Positions 28,101 through 38,710 of a stretch of 64,000 nucleotides of DNA are shown one piece after another; positions within the stretch are counted from its first letter, which is position 1; each line of letters begins with the position of its first letter. A program made the position numbers and the translations under genes. Source of the DNA: Phoronis australis (taxonomy: Eukaryota > Animalia > Phoronida); NCBI GenBank assembly GCA_002633005.1, contig NMRA01000271.1, positions 327,588 to 391,587 on the forward strand, given 5' to 3'. The notes beneath the pieces were generated by a model. That model saw only the letters and a program-made list of their open reading frames with translations, was not told the DNA's origin and did not search any database.

Positions 28101-31100
28101 CTTTGGATAATTTCAACACCTCCGTCTGCCGTCAGGTAACGCAACCGAACCTGCCGTTATCGAATAGAAATACGATCTAAATTGATACAAAATAGGTTGT
28201 ATTTGGGTGGCATTCTCCTTTAATTAACACACCAAAGTTACGGTAGTTATTAGACTCAAACAAAAGAATGTCTGAAATCTATGAGATGTAATCTATCGCT
28301 GAAAGTACTATATCAGTGGTCAGAATAAATAAACTTTCTGTTTCACACACCACAGGCTCCATCAAAAAGAGACAAAAGAGTGAACAATGAGGAAGGAATA
28401 CACGCGCCATATGTGTTCATGAGAACAAAATTAAAATATATAAAAAGGAATAGTTTATGAGAAAAAGATTGTAATAAGGACTGAACACATCCACTAAAAC
28501 AAGAAACTGTAGGAACACAGCATTTATCCACCTTCACTCTTATCAGGCTTCTATTGTGAGTCAGCATGCGTGAATAATTGGCTGATAAGCCACCTCTGGA
28601 ACTACTTTTGGGTGAATGGATGACCAGGCCATAAAATGATAATTAGCCAAGACCAGTTACTACATGTATAATGCAACAAAGAATAATGTCTTGCATCACC
28701 TAGCCTTGGTGGAAAGCTGTATACTGTATTGGCTCAAACAAATGCTTAGAAAAATTCATTTCACGGGGAGGGGACGCTTATTGTAGTGAGCCTACGGCAG
28801 TTGAATCCCGGTTTCCCAAACGGGTAAAATCGGAAGCTAGGATTCATCAAATTTACGCTCTGTGACGTATTTGTAGCCTATGACAGCCTTTCTACAAAAT
28901 TGTGGTGCATTGCTATCAACTTCCGTTGTTAAATTACGATAATTTTTCAAAAAATTGTGCTCATCACAGGGCGAAAACTTGCCGACTGATGCGTGGCTGA
29001 ATCGCGATCGTCAATAGGAAAACTTGTACTCTTGAATAAAAATATAGTTTCGACTCAACAAATTACCTGAAATCTTCCTGATGTTTTACAATTTTTAAAG
29101 TTCATGTGGAGTCCAGATTAACTGCGATTAAGTCCAAATGTGCGCTACATCGTACTCCACAACACGAGAAAAATCTCTGGATGAACAAGCATGTTGTTGT
29201 CACGTGACGTTTGTTTTGAAGGTCGTCTGCTTATGAGAGTGAGTGAGCGTGCGATGTAGCACAGATTTGGACTTAATCACAATTAATCTGGACTCCACAT
29301 GAAAATTTTAAAACATAAAGAGGATTTCAGGTAATTTGTTGAGTCGAAACTCTATTTTTATTCAAGAATTCAAGTTTTCATATCGACGATCGCGATTCAC
29401 TTGGTTAAACTAAAAACACTTTGAGAAAGAAACGATATGCTTACTAGACACAAAAACAGCTTAAAGGTTGACCACAAATGATCCGACATGACTAACCTTG
29501 AGTGCCCTCATACTGGATGTCAGTAAACTAATGATAATGACCAATCCGTTGTTCTCACTAGGGGTCTCTGTATCCACGTTCATGTGCGGGATGATAATAT
29601 CTTTCAGGTCTCGCTTTATCCGCAACACGCGGTCGTCCGCTGGTAGTATGGGCATGGTGACAAACCTCTGCAGGTAGAGCTTCAAGAAAGTATAGAAGTA
29701 GTCCGGGAATGCTTTGCCTTGCTGATTCACCAAGTATTCCTCCGCGGACAAACGTTGACTGGGTTCTTTCTGCAGCATACTCTTGATCAACTCCTGAAGT
29801 GCGACCAAACAAAATGGTGATAATTTACATCTAATGTGGACCGTTCATTTAACATCATTTTCGCGACTGAACAAAGCATGCTCTTTATGGAGGAATGGGA
29901 GAGTACGTTTTAGTAAATGTCTGTGTGATTTAAACCAAACGCAGTTTAGGCAAACTAATCCTGACCTGATCAACACAAGAAGTGCACTATAAGTGGAAGA
30001 GGCTGGGAAAATTCACCTTTTTGAAATCAATGTAGCAATATTTTTGAATGACTCTTCACTGGCTACAGACTACAATATGCTCAACTTCCAACACTAAACA
30101 TTTCCCATAAATTTGGGGTTGGGGTCATGGATAAGATTTACAGAGAAATGAAATTATTTGGTTACGACGAAGATTCTTGGTGTCTAAATCAATTGTCCAG
30201 GTGATGTATCGTTCCACAAATAGAAATATTTTTGGTGTTGTAAAATTTAAATTAAGTAAACGTTTTTGCAAGGAAATCAAATAAAAGAAAATTGAAAACA
30301 AAAAAGATAAAAATCATTTAAAAGAAGACAATTCCAAGCCCTGAAGATCAAAGATCACATGTTACGTGAGTCAGGAACAGCCAATTTTACAGCAGTCTAA
30401 ATGAGAATCAAAGTTTAAGTTTCCTTGACGGACCACGAGTTTATAGTTACTTTCACAGTTAATATTTATTACTTTGCCCAAACAACAGTTGCCAACTTAG
30501 TCGCTGATAAAAAAAATAACCATTAAGTAGATTTTCATGGAATACGGAAACGAAAAAAAAAAACACAAGGCAAATAAAACTGAAATGAAAAACTGAGTGG
30601 TTTAATGTCCTGAACACATCCACTACCACAAGAAACTATAGGAACACCACATTTATCCACCTTCACTCTTATCAGGCTTCTCTTGTGAGTCAGCACTGCG
30701 TGAATAATTGGCTGATAAGCCAACTATGGAACTACTTTTGGGTGAATGGATGACCAGGCCATAAAATGATAATTAGCCAAGACCAGCTAAATAATGCTGC
30801 ATGGAATAGGTAATACCTTCATGGCAATTTTGAAAGAGTGGGCATCTTTTGCTGAAAGTGTTTTAAAAAACTTGATTTACCAACCTCTGATTTTCTGGAT
30901 TATGCAAACATTAAAATTCAAATTTGCAACGTTTTCATTTTCCGCCATCATAATGTTCTGGAAACAAGAAAAAATTGGCAACACTGCGTAGAAGCAACAA
31001 AGAATATGTCGTAGCATCACCTAGCCTTGGTGGAAAACTGTATACCGGAAGCTTAAAAAAATTCATTTCACGGGGAGGGACGATTATTGTAGCCTGAGGC

Positions 31101-34100
31101 AGCTGAAACCCGGCTTCCGATACGGGTAAAATTGGGAGCTAAGATTTATCAAATTTACGCTCTGTGACGTATTTGTAGCCTATGAAAGTCTTTCTACAAA
31201 ATTGTGGCGCATTGCTATGAAACTCCGTTGTTAAATTACGATCATTTTTCAAAAAACTGTGCTGAAATTCCAGGGCGAAAACTTGTCGACTGATACGTCG
31301 CTGGATCGCGATCGGAAAACTTAAATTCTTGAATAAAAATACAGTTTCGACTCAACAAATTACCTGAAATCCTCTTTATGTTTTAAATTTTTTTAAGTTC
31401 ATGTGGAGTCCAGACAGGCCTTTATCCAGGATTTCGAAACTAGGGTGTCCAAAATGGGGTTCCCAATATTCCAGGGCGTCCATAATTCCGACGCGTAACC
31501 CCCCACCCCCAGCAATCCCCCCCACACACAATTTTTTTACAAAAAATGCATAGACCAAGGTTTTTACATCTAAGTTTACAAAACAGCCTTCTGTAGTAAG
31601 CATTTTTAATAAAAAATTGGTGTAGACCAAGACTTTTACAATGCTATCAACCAAGTGTGAGCATATACTTTGTATAATTATATATTTCTTCCTGGTTTGA
31701 AAAAAGGAGCCCCCACTGAGCCTTCAGAGGCTTCCTAGTAATCATTACAATGTGTGTGTCCAAACTTGAAAGGTTTTTATTGACAGTGGGCGTCCAAATG
31801 ATACATTGGGCATCCTTGCCAGAGCGTCCATATTAGTGCTAGGGCGTCCATTTGGACGTACGCTGCATAAAGGCCCGAGTCCTGATTAACTGCGACTAAG
31901 TCCAAATCTGCGCTACATCGTACCCCACAACACGAGAAAATCTCTGGATCAGCACACATGTTGTTGTCACGTGACATTTGTTTTGAAGTTCATCTGCGTA
32001 TGAGAGTGAGTGAGCGAGCGCGTGCGGGTCATCGACGACAGACTATTGTTACACAAGGCAGAGGATTATGCAAGAAAATAGTGTTTATTAGATTGTTTTT
32101 CACTTAAACGGCTGCAACTTGCAAGGTGAGTGCAGGTTACCTCACAGATTTTGTGTACACGGTCGTTAGCTCTACCGTGGAGTAAAACATTAATAGTCCG
32201 AGGCTCGATCTACATGTTGGGGGCGAGGTGACGAGTGAACTACCTGGGCTGTGTGAACATTCTGGGTCTAACGGAGAGATTGGTAGTCAGCCAGTTTGCT
32301 GTATCAAGACTATCGTGAAAATCCAAATTCGTTTTATCGTGTCCCCGTCAATAATAACGGCATGCTAAAGTTTCTGAATGTTCGTACTTCGGGAACATAA
32401 CAATCCCGTGCTTTGTATACATACGCGCAAGCCGCAGATCACATCTCGGAAATTTCGGATTTGACGGATGACAATGAATGAGCACAATGAAATTAAACAA
32501 GGTCGTTTTACAGCTTGTAAGAGCATGATAAACAATTATTTGAATATTGTGAGTATTGCTGTATTGCAACATCTCTTATTCTGGGCCGATTTGAAAAATT
32601 CAAAGTTGTACTAATATTTTGTTCTCTCCTCTTTTCAAATATTACACTCAAAACTACAATTTACTTAAACGCTCTTAATAAAAAGTACGGTCATCTAGAC
32701 TAGATTGTAATCAGCTGATCGTATCTGCATGAGCGAAGTCAATTATCCTCGCTCGTGACTCGATGAATAGAGCAGCTAGGCAGGATCCCTTTGATCGTGA
32801 GCTGAGCGCAACACAGCCAGGATAAATACGGTCTAGTTCAATCGGCCAAACCTCGCAGTTTTCCATGATCAGTGGGGTTGTGACGTCATCTCGTTTAGTG
32901 AGAATGTTAATGGCATGTTTGTTCAAGACTTTTGCACAAAGAGAGCAAATGTGTAAATACTGTTATCAAAATGCATATAAAACTGAAGAGAACACATACC
33001 CTAATATGAACATCTTCTATCTTCTCAAGCATTTTCCACGGGTTATACTCTCCTGTCCTATACATCAACAGTTGAGAGAGGTCGAAAGGGGAAGTCCCCT
33101 CTGAGAACAGCTCCATCAGGACACACCTACAAACAGGCACACCGTGCCTTCATATACTTGTTCTTGTTTGTATTAAGCGAAGAAAACAACTAAAATACTT
33201 AGTACTCAAAGAAAACAAACTTTAAGGCAGTTCCAAGATGATGGTTCATCTCCACCAATCTTTTCTATGAAAGAGTCCTCCAAATGTCAACACTGCCACA
33301 TATGTGCCAAAACTGACAAATATCGAAGACAATGACCAATAGCAACCAAATATTATAAAATTACTTTCTGCACTGAACTCAATGCAAACCACATAGCAAC
33401 GGATGATTGTCTGCTTCATACCCAGAAGAGAATATATCCATGGCTGCCGTTCTCCTGCCAGTTTTGATGACACTTGTGGATGTCAAGTCAATACTGTTGG
33501 CCGAAGGGTCATTGTTACGCGACGCTGTGTCCACAAATCGTTCAGGAGCAATGTAACAGGTGCGTCGGCGAGAAGTGTCAAAGAAGTAGTTGAAATCTGA
33601 CGGATTATCCTGTGAAGAGTAAAAACACTACGTGACATGCTTAAACGGTGTATATTGAAACGAGGGGAAAACTGATGGATTATCCTGTGAAGAGTAAAAA
33701 CACTACATGACACGCTTAAACGGTGAATACTGAAACGAGGGGAAAACTGATGGATTATCCTGTGAAGAGTAAAAACACTACATGACATGCTTAAACGGTG
33801 AATACTGAAACAAGGGGAAAACTGACGGATTATCCTGTGAAGAGTAAAAACACTACGTGACATGCTTAAACGGTGAATACTGAAACGAGGGAAAAACATT
33901 AAAATTGAAGCTTAGACCCGAGTTCATTTTTGATGGCTGTTTTCGTTGGTCACAAATGCTGAGTGACAGGTCTAAAAACTGCTAAAATATTAATGGACAT
34001 AAATCAATGCTATGATGGTAACCAGTATATCATAAAAATGTGTTACAAAGAAACTTTGACCATCAACACAACACACGGAGTCTAGCATTCTCCCCTAAGA

Positions 34101-35751
34101 CAATACTGTGTTACACCTTTTCCAATGTTACTTACCTCTGGTAGATAAGTGGGCTTGAAGCTAGCAAAGTCTGTCAACAGCAACCAATTCCAACTGGTCA
34201 TCATCACATTCTCTGACTTGATGTCGCCGTGGTATATCTATTAGAATTCAATGACGAGAAATAACAACAACTGCTGGTCAAACGGGAACGTTAACCACCA
34301 CTGCAAGGGTTTAAAGTTTACCTGCTTGACGAATTTTGAAATGACGTAATGGAGGAATAAAAAGTAGACTGAGATATACTACACCCCCAATATCTGTCCA
34401 TCATTAGACAACTGTCTGTCACGACATTGGATCCACAAATGAACAACTTCTTCTACGGTGCACCTGGCCTTGACAGAGCTTTAGTTCAGTTTGATAAACA
34501 AATTGTTTGAGACAGATGGAACACATCTTTTATCACACAAGAAGAATTAACTAAATACTTTTCAATCATCAGCTAAGTATAGATCAAAAAAGCTTGACTA
34601 CTTGGTCATAGCCAAGATGTTTTTCGGAAAGTTTTGACAAATCATAATTTAGCTGTATAATTTTCACAAAATCCAAATCCATGTAAAGATAGTCGCGCCA
34701 GATGGCGATCATTCCTTTGGTGGACAGGCATTCAGCGCCACCTACAGATCCCAAGTAATGCGGAAAGGAGGTATCAACCTAAGTATATAAAAAGAGTTTT
34801 AACATCTTTCCTGCAATCATAATGGCACCAAATTTCCACTGCTGTGGAGCAAAATGTACTTATTAAATGTCTCACAGGTAAAGGCAAACCTTTTGAAACA
34901 TAAATACATTAACAAGGGCATCATGTTCCATACAATTCCTACTACAAAGGAGACTCCACAACAAAGACAGTGGCTGTGTCAAACAAAGCTGGTAGAATTT
35001 CGTTTCCAGCCAGAGTCAACAAGCTAAAATTAATTAGTGAACTTAAACTAATAAAAAAATGGAGTGTCGACGGTGGAATACATTGCTCTTCTTTTAAGGA
35101 AGAGTTGTATAGTAAGTGTATTTCTGTACAGCAAATTTGACCCATACGATTAAGCGGTAGTCACTGTCACCCTCTCAGTACTCAAGACAGTGTCAATATC
35201 AAAAGTTCCCCACTATAGTCAAATGTCATGCTTAATTAAGCTCAAGTGTCCAAGAATCCACTCAGGTACACTTAAATATGACCTCCACCTCTGGGTTTGC
35301 TTTAATTACAACGTCTTGTTATTCTACGATAAACTCTTTAGTACAGCAAGTTTGTGAGATTCCTCACCAGAACCCATACATCCAACATTCCTTCAATTAC
35401 GAACAAAACATGGCCAAAAAAAGAATGCAGCTCTGACAGTTTTCTCAACAATAAATACAGCTGCAAGTACAATCAACGACTACCAACTACACAATCATGA
35501 AATCTAAAGTTACCATTTGAAAAACACAAAAATGACAACTCCAACGATACCTTTTGCTCTAGTTTGAATTAATTTTACAGGAAATCGACAGTTCACCTTA
35601 CCCCTAGCTTGTGAGCTTGGTTCAATGCACACAGCAGTTGAAACGCAATCCATTTCTTCTCTATGCCGTTCATAAAAGGTCTTGTGCTTATTCGGTCGTA
35701 CAAACTGTCCTTGACGTACTGGCGGAAGAGCAGGCCCGCCTTGTCCGACAT
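9912..35751 (-). CDS. PIK3R4: Phosphoinositide 3-kinase regulatory subunit 4 (VPS15/p150): kinase-like domain, HEAT repeats and WD40 repeats; 22 exons in window, 5'-partial
   Basis: The 22 GT-AG exons total 3849 nt in one continuous frame. Diagnostic VPS15 strings: [140 protein letters not shown]...[10 protein letters not shown]. Confidence 0.97.
10762..10940 (-). CDS. PIK3R4: PIK3R4 exon, WD40 ([14 protein letters not shown])
   Basis: AG/GT borders, frame continuous. Confidence 0.93.
12210..12367 (-). CDS. PIK3R4: PIK3R4 exon, WD40 ([12 protein letters not shown]...LWAS)
   Basis: AG/GT borders, frame continuous. Confidence 0.93.
13130..13255 (-). CDS. PIK3R4: PIK3R4 exon, WD40 (GLITSF...WDMRFQLPI)
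   Basis: AG/GT borders, frame continuous. Confidence 0.93.
13388..15053. mobile_element. Non-autonomous TTAA-specific DNA transposon (Kolobok-like)
   Basis: TTAA|AGTCCTTCTCTCA ... TGAGAGAAGGATT|TTAA, a 13-bp TIR with 1 mismatch; CpG-richer interior, no clear ORF. Confidence 0.6.
16196..16495 (-). CDS. PIK3R4: PIK3R4 exon, WD40 ([10 protein letters not shown]...IIGWDLRS)
   Basis: AG/GT borders; 300 nt. Confidence 0.93.
16671..16801 (-). CDS. PIK3R4: PIK3R4 exon, WD40 ([13 protein letters not shown])
   Basis: AG/GT borders, frame continuous. Confidence 0.93.
17136..17325 (-). CDS. PIK3R4: PIK3R4 exon (CKLELRQLV...[20 protein letters not shown])
   Basis: AG/GT borders; start of the WD40 region. 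Confidence 0.93.
17748..18030 (-). CDS. PIK3R4: PIK3R4 exon, Ser/Thr/Pro-rich linker (NEEWRHMFG...)
   Basis: AG/GT borders; NEEW..MFG motif. Confidence 0.88.
18515..18689 (-). CDS. PIK3R4: PIK3R4 exon, linker
   Basis: ttcag/gtgagc borders; phases match both neighbours. Confidence 0.85.
20692..20792 (-). CDS. PIK3R4: PIK3R4 exon ([27 protein letters not shown]...)
   Basis: AG/GT borders; conserved [11 protein letters not shown]. Confidence 0.92.
21486..21662 (-). CDS. PIK3R4: PIK3R4 exon ([22 protein letters not shown]...)
   Basis: AG/GT borders, frame continuous. Confidence 0.92.
22370..22507 (-). CDS. PIK3R4: PIK3R4 exon ([11 protein letters not shown]...QIDKE)
   Basis: AG/GT borders, frame continuous. 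Confidence 0.93.
22956..23090 (-). CDS. PIK3R4: PIK3R4 exon ([10 protein letters not shown]...PFLTHP)
   Basis: AG/GT borders, frame continuous. Confidence 0.93.
24007..24108 (-). CDS. PIK3R4: PIK3R4 exon ([24 protein letters not shown]...)
   Basis: AG/GT borders, frame continuous. Confidence 0.93.
24667..24713 (-). CDS. PIK3R4: PIK3R4 47-nt exon ([16 protein letters not shown])
   Basis: ttccag/gtgaga borders; conserved VPS15 string. Confidence 0.92.
25224..25530 (-). CDS. PIK3R4: PIK3R4 exon, HEAT region
   Basis: SELTHDD...[10 protein letters not shown]...[12 protein letters not shown]; AG/GT borders. Confidence 0.93.
25947..26177 (-). CDS. PIK3R4: PIK3R4 exon, HEAT region
   Basis: FCSSKLTAL...[13 protein letters not shown]; AG/GT borders. 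Confidence 0.93.
26562..28219 (+). mobile_element. Kolobok-like DNA transposon deletion derivative carrying a THAP-domain relic
   Basis: TTAA|AGTAGAATGCCACCC ... GGGTGGCATTCTCCT|TTAA; THAP C2CH fragment near the left end. Confidence 0.8.
26726..26970 (+). pseudogene. THAP zinc-finger fragment of a transposase N-terminus
   Basis: WCIVPACPN...GISFFRLP...RKW...[13 protein letters not shown]. The nearest ATG (26726) is out of frame, and no DDE core follows. Confidence 0.8.
28478..29250. repeat. Intronic segment duplicated at about 30608-32015 (direct orientation)
   Basis: Shared strings such as ctgaacacatccacta, catttatccaccttcactcttatcaggcttct, ggaactacttttgggtgaatggatgaccaggccataaaatgataattagccaagaccag and gagagtgagtgagcg occur in the same order. 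Confidence 0.9.
28997..29399. repeat. Fold-back inverted repeat, about 150-bp arms and 100-bp spacer
   Basis: tgaatcgcgatcgtc...aagtccaaatgtgcgctacatcg is mirrored by cgatgtagcacagatttggactt...gacgatcgcgattca. Confidence 0.9.
29497..29793 (-). CDS. PIK3R4: PIK3R4 exon ([21 protein letters not shown]...[17 protein letters not shown])
   Basis: AG/GT borders; 297 nt, phase 0-0. Confidence 0.93.
31415..31877. mobile_element. hAT-like MITE with an 8-bp target-site duplication
   Basis: TIRs CAGGCCTTTATCCAG / CTGCATAAAGGCCCG; flanks agtccaga / agtcctga. The paralogous segment at about 29110 has a single agtccaga (empty site). Confidence 0.88.
33000..33126 (-). CDS. PIK3R4: PIK3R4 exon ([20 protein letters not shown]...)
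   Basis: AG/GT borders, frame continuous. Confidence 0.93.
33422..33609 (-). CDS. PIK3R4: PIK3R4 exon ([25 protein letters not shown]...MDIFSSG)
   Basis: ttcacag/gtatga borders; activation segment and APE motif. Confidence 0.95.
33597..33896. repeat. 75-bp tandem repeat (x4) overlapping a PIK3R4 splice acceptor
   Basis: Units start at 33597, 33672, 33747 and 33822 (ctga(c/t)ggattatcctgtgaagagtaaaaacactac...). Confidence 0.95.
34136..34237 (-). CDS. PIK3R4: PIK3R4 exon ([10 protein letters not shown]...[13 protein letters not shown])
   Basis: AG/GT borders; catalytic-loop and DFA motifs. Confidence 0.95.
35602..35751 (-). CDS. PIK3R4: PIK3R4 exon (most 5' exon found; [26 protein letters not shown]...)
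   Basis: tttcag acceptor and gtaagg donor; VPS15 kinase-domain sequence. Confidence 0.93.
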
Positions 35752-36679
35752 CTGAAATAAGCGAAAATTGCCCTGCTGTCAATTTTAATTCAGTATATCA
35801 ATACGCATGGTCATTTATCTTCAATCACACCCAGTGTTTGTAGTTTTTAGCTTATTAGTTCATTAAATTTTAAAAATTGAAAACCTAGCTTTGTTGTTTT
35901 TTCCAGCTGAATACCGCCGTGGTGTTCATTTTTAATGACATTGACTGTGGACTGAATAGACTGTAGACCAGAAAACTTAGTGGAGTGCCAGCTCCACAGT
36001 CAGAAGCTAATATTATTTTATCCAAGTTTAAAAAAATTACTGGTGATTTTAATGTGCCAATTTTGCAGTTGAGAATTATTATGACATTCTCAATTGTTTA
36101 ATTCCTTTTCCTTCCATAATTATTCCACGGATCTAAACATTTGCTTAAAAAAGTATTGAAGAACGCAGAGGCAATGGGCTCTCATTCTCTATGGCAACAG
36201 AGCACTTCCTATCCTTACCACAACCTTGGTGATCACGTTACATTTTATGCATTTTGACCAAATGATGAACATTGTGTACTTAATTTTTTTACCTCATGAA
36301 CGCGACTGAAGCCTAGTTTTGTCCCCACATTAAAAAACGTTCAACTGTTGGTTCGGCCAGAAGTTGTTCGTATTGCACGGTTTTGTTTTTGTAAATAAAT
36401 CATTTGTAAGTTTTATTAGCAGTTAGAGGAATATAGCATCAGGTGCCATGGTTCATAAGTATAAACAATTACATTTATTTTAACAAAAGTGCCTATTGGC
36501 TTCAGTTAGCCAGCGTGTAGTTGCTTGTCTTGATAAATGTGATAATGAGAAAAATTGGAAATCAATGATCAAAAATGTACAGTAGTCTCAGTGGTCTTAC
36601 ATTTTTGTACTTTCTAGTGCTAAAATACAGGTGTTTGTTTCAAAAGTTGAATTAACGAGTCACTGCTTTAACTTTTCAG

Positions 36680-37215
36680 ATTTTGGAAAAAATCGCACTG
36701 CCTTTTTGTTTCCAATACCCACATTTGCCAGATTATGGAGACAAAAATAAAAAAATGCTTAAAATCCATATGAGAAAACAAAACACATGGCGGCACTCAG
36801 TTTGCAAACATGTTAAGACACCAAGTTCTTTGCAACAGGAAAAGGGTAATTTCATTTTCCCCCAATCGGTCCTGCACATGGTGGTTCAGTTAGTGATCGG
36901 CAAATAATTGAGTGAGTGAGAATGGGTTGGTAGAAAACCAGGAGTAGTTTGACAGACAGAGGTATTATGGAACAGGATCTTTTTACAACACGAACTTTAA
37001 AGATAAATATACCAACCGCCACGAAACCAACTAGAAAGTCAAACTCTAGTAAAAGACAGACAGGTTGCATCTAAACAAATTCATGTAGATTGTCTTACTA
37101 GCTATGCCACATTCTTTCAAATTCTGAGAAAGAAATTGCCTACGGATATGCTCCACCTAGCCGGTGAACTTATTTAAGCTGGTTTTTTATCTAATTTCAG
37201 GTAAAAGCATAATTG
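36680..37215 (+). pseudogene. Decayed DDE_Tnp_4-type (ISL2EU/Harbinger group) transposase, C-terminal half
   Basis: Reads across frameshifts and stops as GPAHGGSVSDRQIIE, SLTDRGIMEQDLF...KINIP and LVKDRQVASKQIHVD...FQILRKKLP...FLSNFR. These match the YGG..SD, ADRG and RIHVER motifs of this family. Confidence 0.8.
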
Positions 37216-37736
37216 AAAAAGATGCTTGAACTGTAATTGATGCTTTCAAAAACCGCAATAACTAAGCATCCTTGAGCCAATTAATCTTTTACCTCGTTGA
37301 AAAATGTTAGGAAGTCATGTAAAATATGTTGATATCTGCAAAATAGTGAAGCATTCTTACAGAAGCTAAACTTTCTCAAGTTGAAGTGTTTATGAACTTC
37401 TAATGATCAAGAGCGGTACAAGCAATTAACATTCAAAGTCCCATTAAAAACAAAGCTGCATTTCTAATGGTTCAGCTAGCTAAAAATAAAAGTAGAAGTG
37501 CGAAGTTGTATAAATGTATCACAAGACTGACCTCTTTGTGCTGAGACAAATTCATGGTGCTTTTTGTTACACTGAATGATTCCATCTTGTTACAAACATT
37601 TGCGATACAGGGAAATTGTCTGAAACATTTATTACGTTGCTGTTTCAAAATAATGTCTATTGTTGATGTCTTAACGAGAATAAATGAAGTGTCAAGAATA
37701 CTATTCTGAATTGATAAAAATGCCAAACTAAATAAT

Positions 37737-38710
37737 CATAGGGTAGAAGCCATGTATTTCAGAAAGAGCTTGTGATAACACACTTCCAGCTTCGGAAATA
37801 GACTTAGCTGAGCAAATTCCTTATCATGCATCAGTTGTAACATGTACACAATAAACCTGCAGGACTTCCTTCCGGTCAGATGCATTTGACCATGCACTTG
37901 AGCGTAATACTTATGGCATGTTTTTAACTGTCTTTGCTGAGGAACAAGAAGAGTTTTCTGGCGCTATTTTCTTATTGTGTCCCGACCAGTAAAAGGGCAT
38001 TTAATCTTGCCTATATTTCTTTTCCGATCAACTGTTCAGGTGAGGCCGCCAAATATTAGTACTTTGGGTCAAAGACCAGACCACGTTTCTGCACTGGGCC
38101 AGTCGTCAACAATCGCTAGCTCAGGATGAACACTCGGCACATTCCCGAAGTTGTAATTGATACACTTGTAACCCAAAAATAGAATAGTAAACGTTAAACA
38201 ACTTTGTTTAGATTGGTCAATTCTTTATTCTCCATATACATATGTCCTAAATATTACAAAAATGTAGCCAGACACCTGGGCCTTGTTGTATAATAAGCCA
38301 CGTCTTGGAAGACTTGTTCAGCTACTACAGTCTGTGTACTTGGTTACCCGGGTAACCGACTAGAACTCGTTCGTTTGAGAGTCTTGAGAACATGAATTTA
38401 ATATAAAGTCAAAAGATTACCGGAAGAATAAAAGAGAAGCCAATGGCATGTTGTTCATAAGAACAGTACATTAAATGCACATCAGACTTGTTAACTTAAG
38501 GAAAAGTCACCGCGAAATCGCTGGACGTAGACAAAGCTATTTGGGCCATGTCCCTGATAGGCGAAGATGGGTACATGAAAACCTAAGAATTTACACGAAA
38601 TCTGTCCATAATTACTTTTCTATCGCCTGTAGTTTGCGTCCCGACGTCTGTGCCTTTATTTTTGCCATTTTTGCTCTCAATTCGCGACAAGTTAAACCAG
38701 TGTAAGACAT
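37737..38710 (-). pseudogene. Decayed, internally deleted SAP + YqaJ (lambda-exonuclease-like PD-(D/E)xK) gene
   Basis: The N-terminus MSYTGLTCRELRAKMAKIKAQTSGRKLQAIEK is SAP-like. The C-terminus reads GLVFDPKY*YLAASPE..IKCPF...LKTCHKYYAQVHGQMHLTGRKSCRFIVY...LFPKLEVCYHKLFLKYMASTL*. Confidence 0.8.

Noticed and set aside
33597-33896. CRISPR-like appearance of regular repeats (also 59.5-60.6 kb)
   Set aside because: There are no unique spacers and no cas genes, and the context is eukaryotic; these are plain tandem repeats.
33483-33899. 138-aa repetitive ORF
   Set aside because: It is a by-product of the 75-bp repeat, in a different frame from the PIK3R4 exon.
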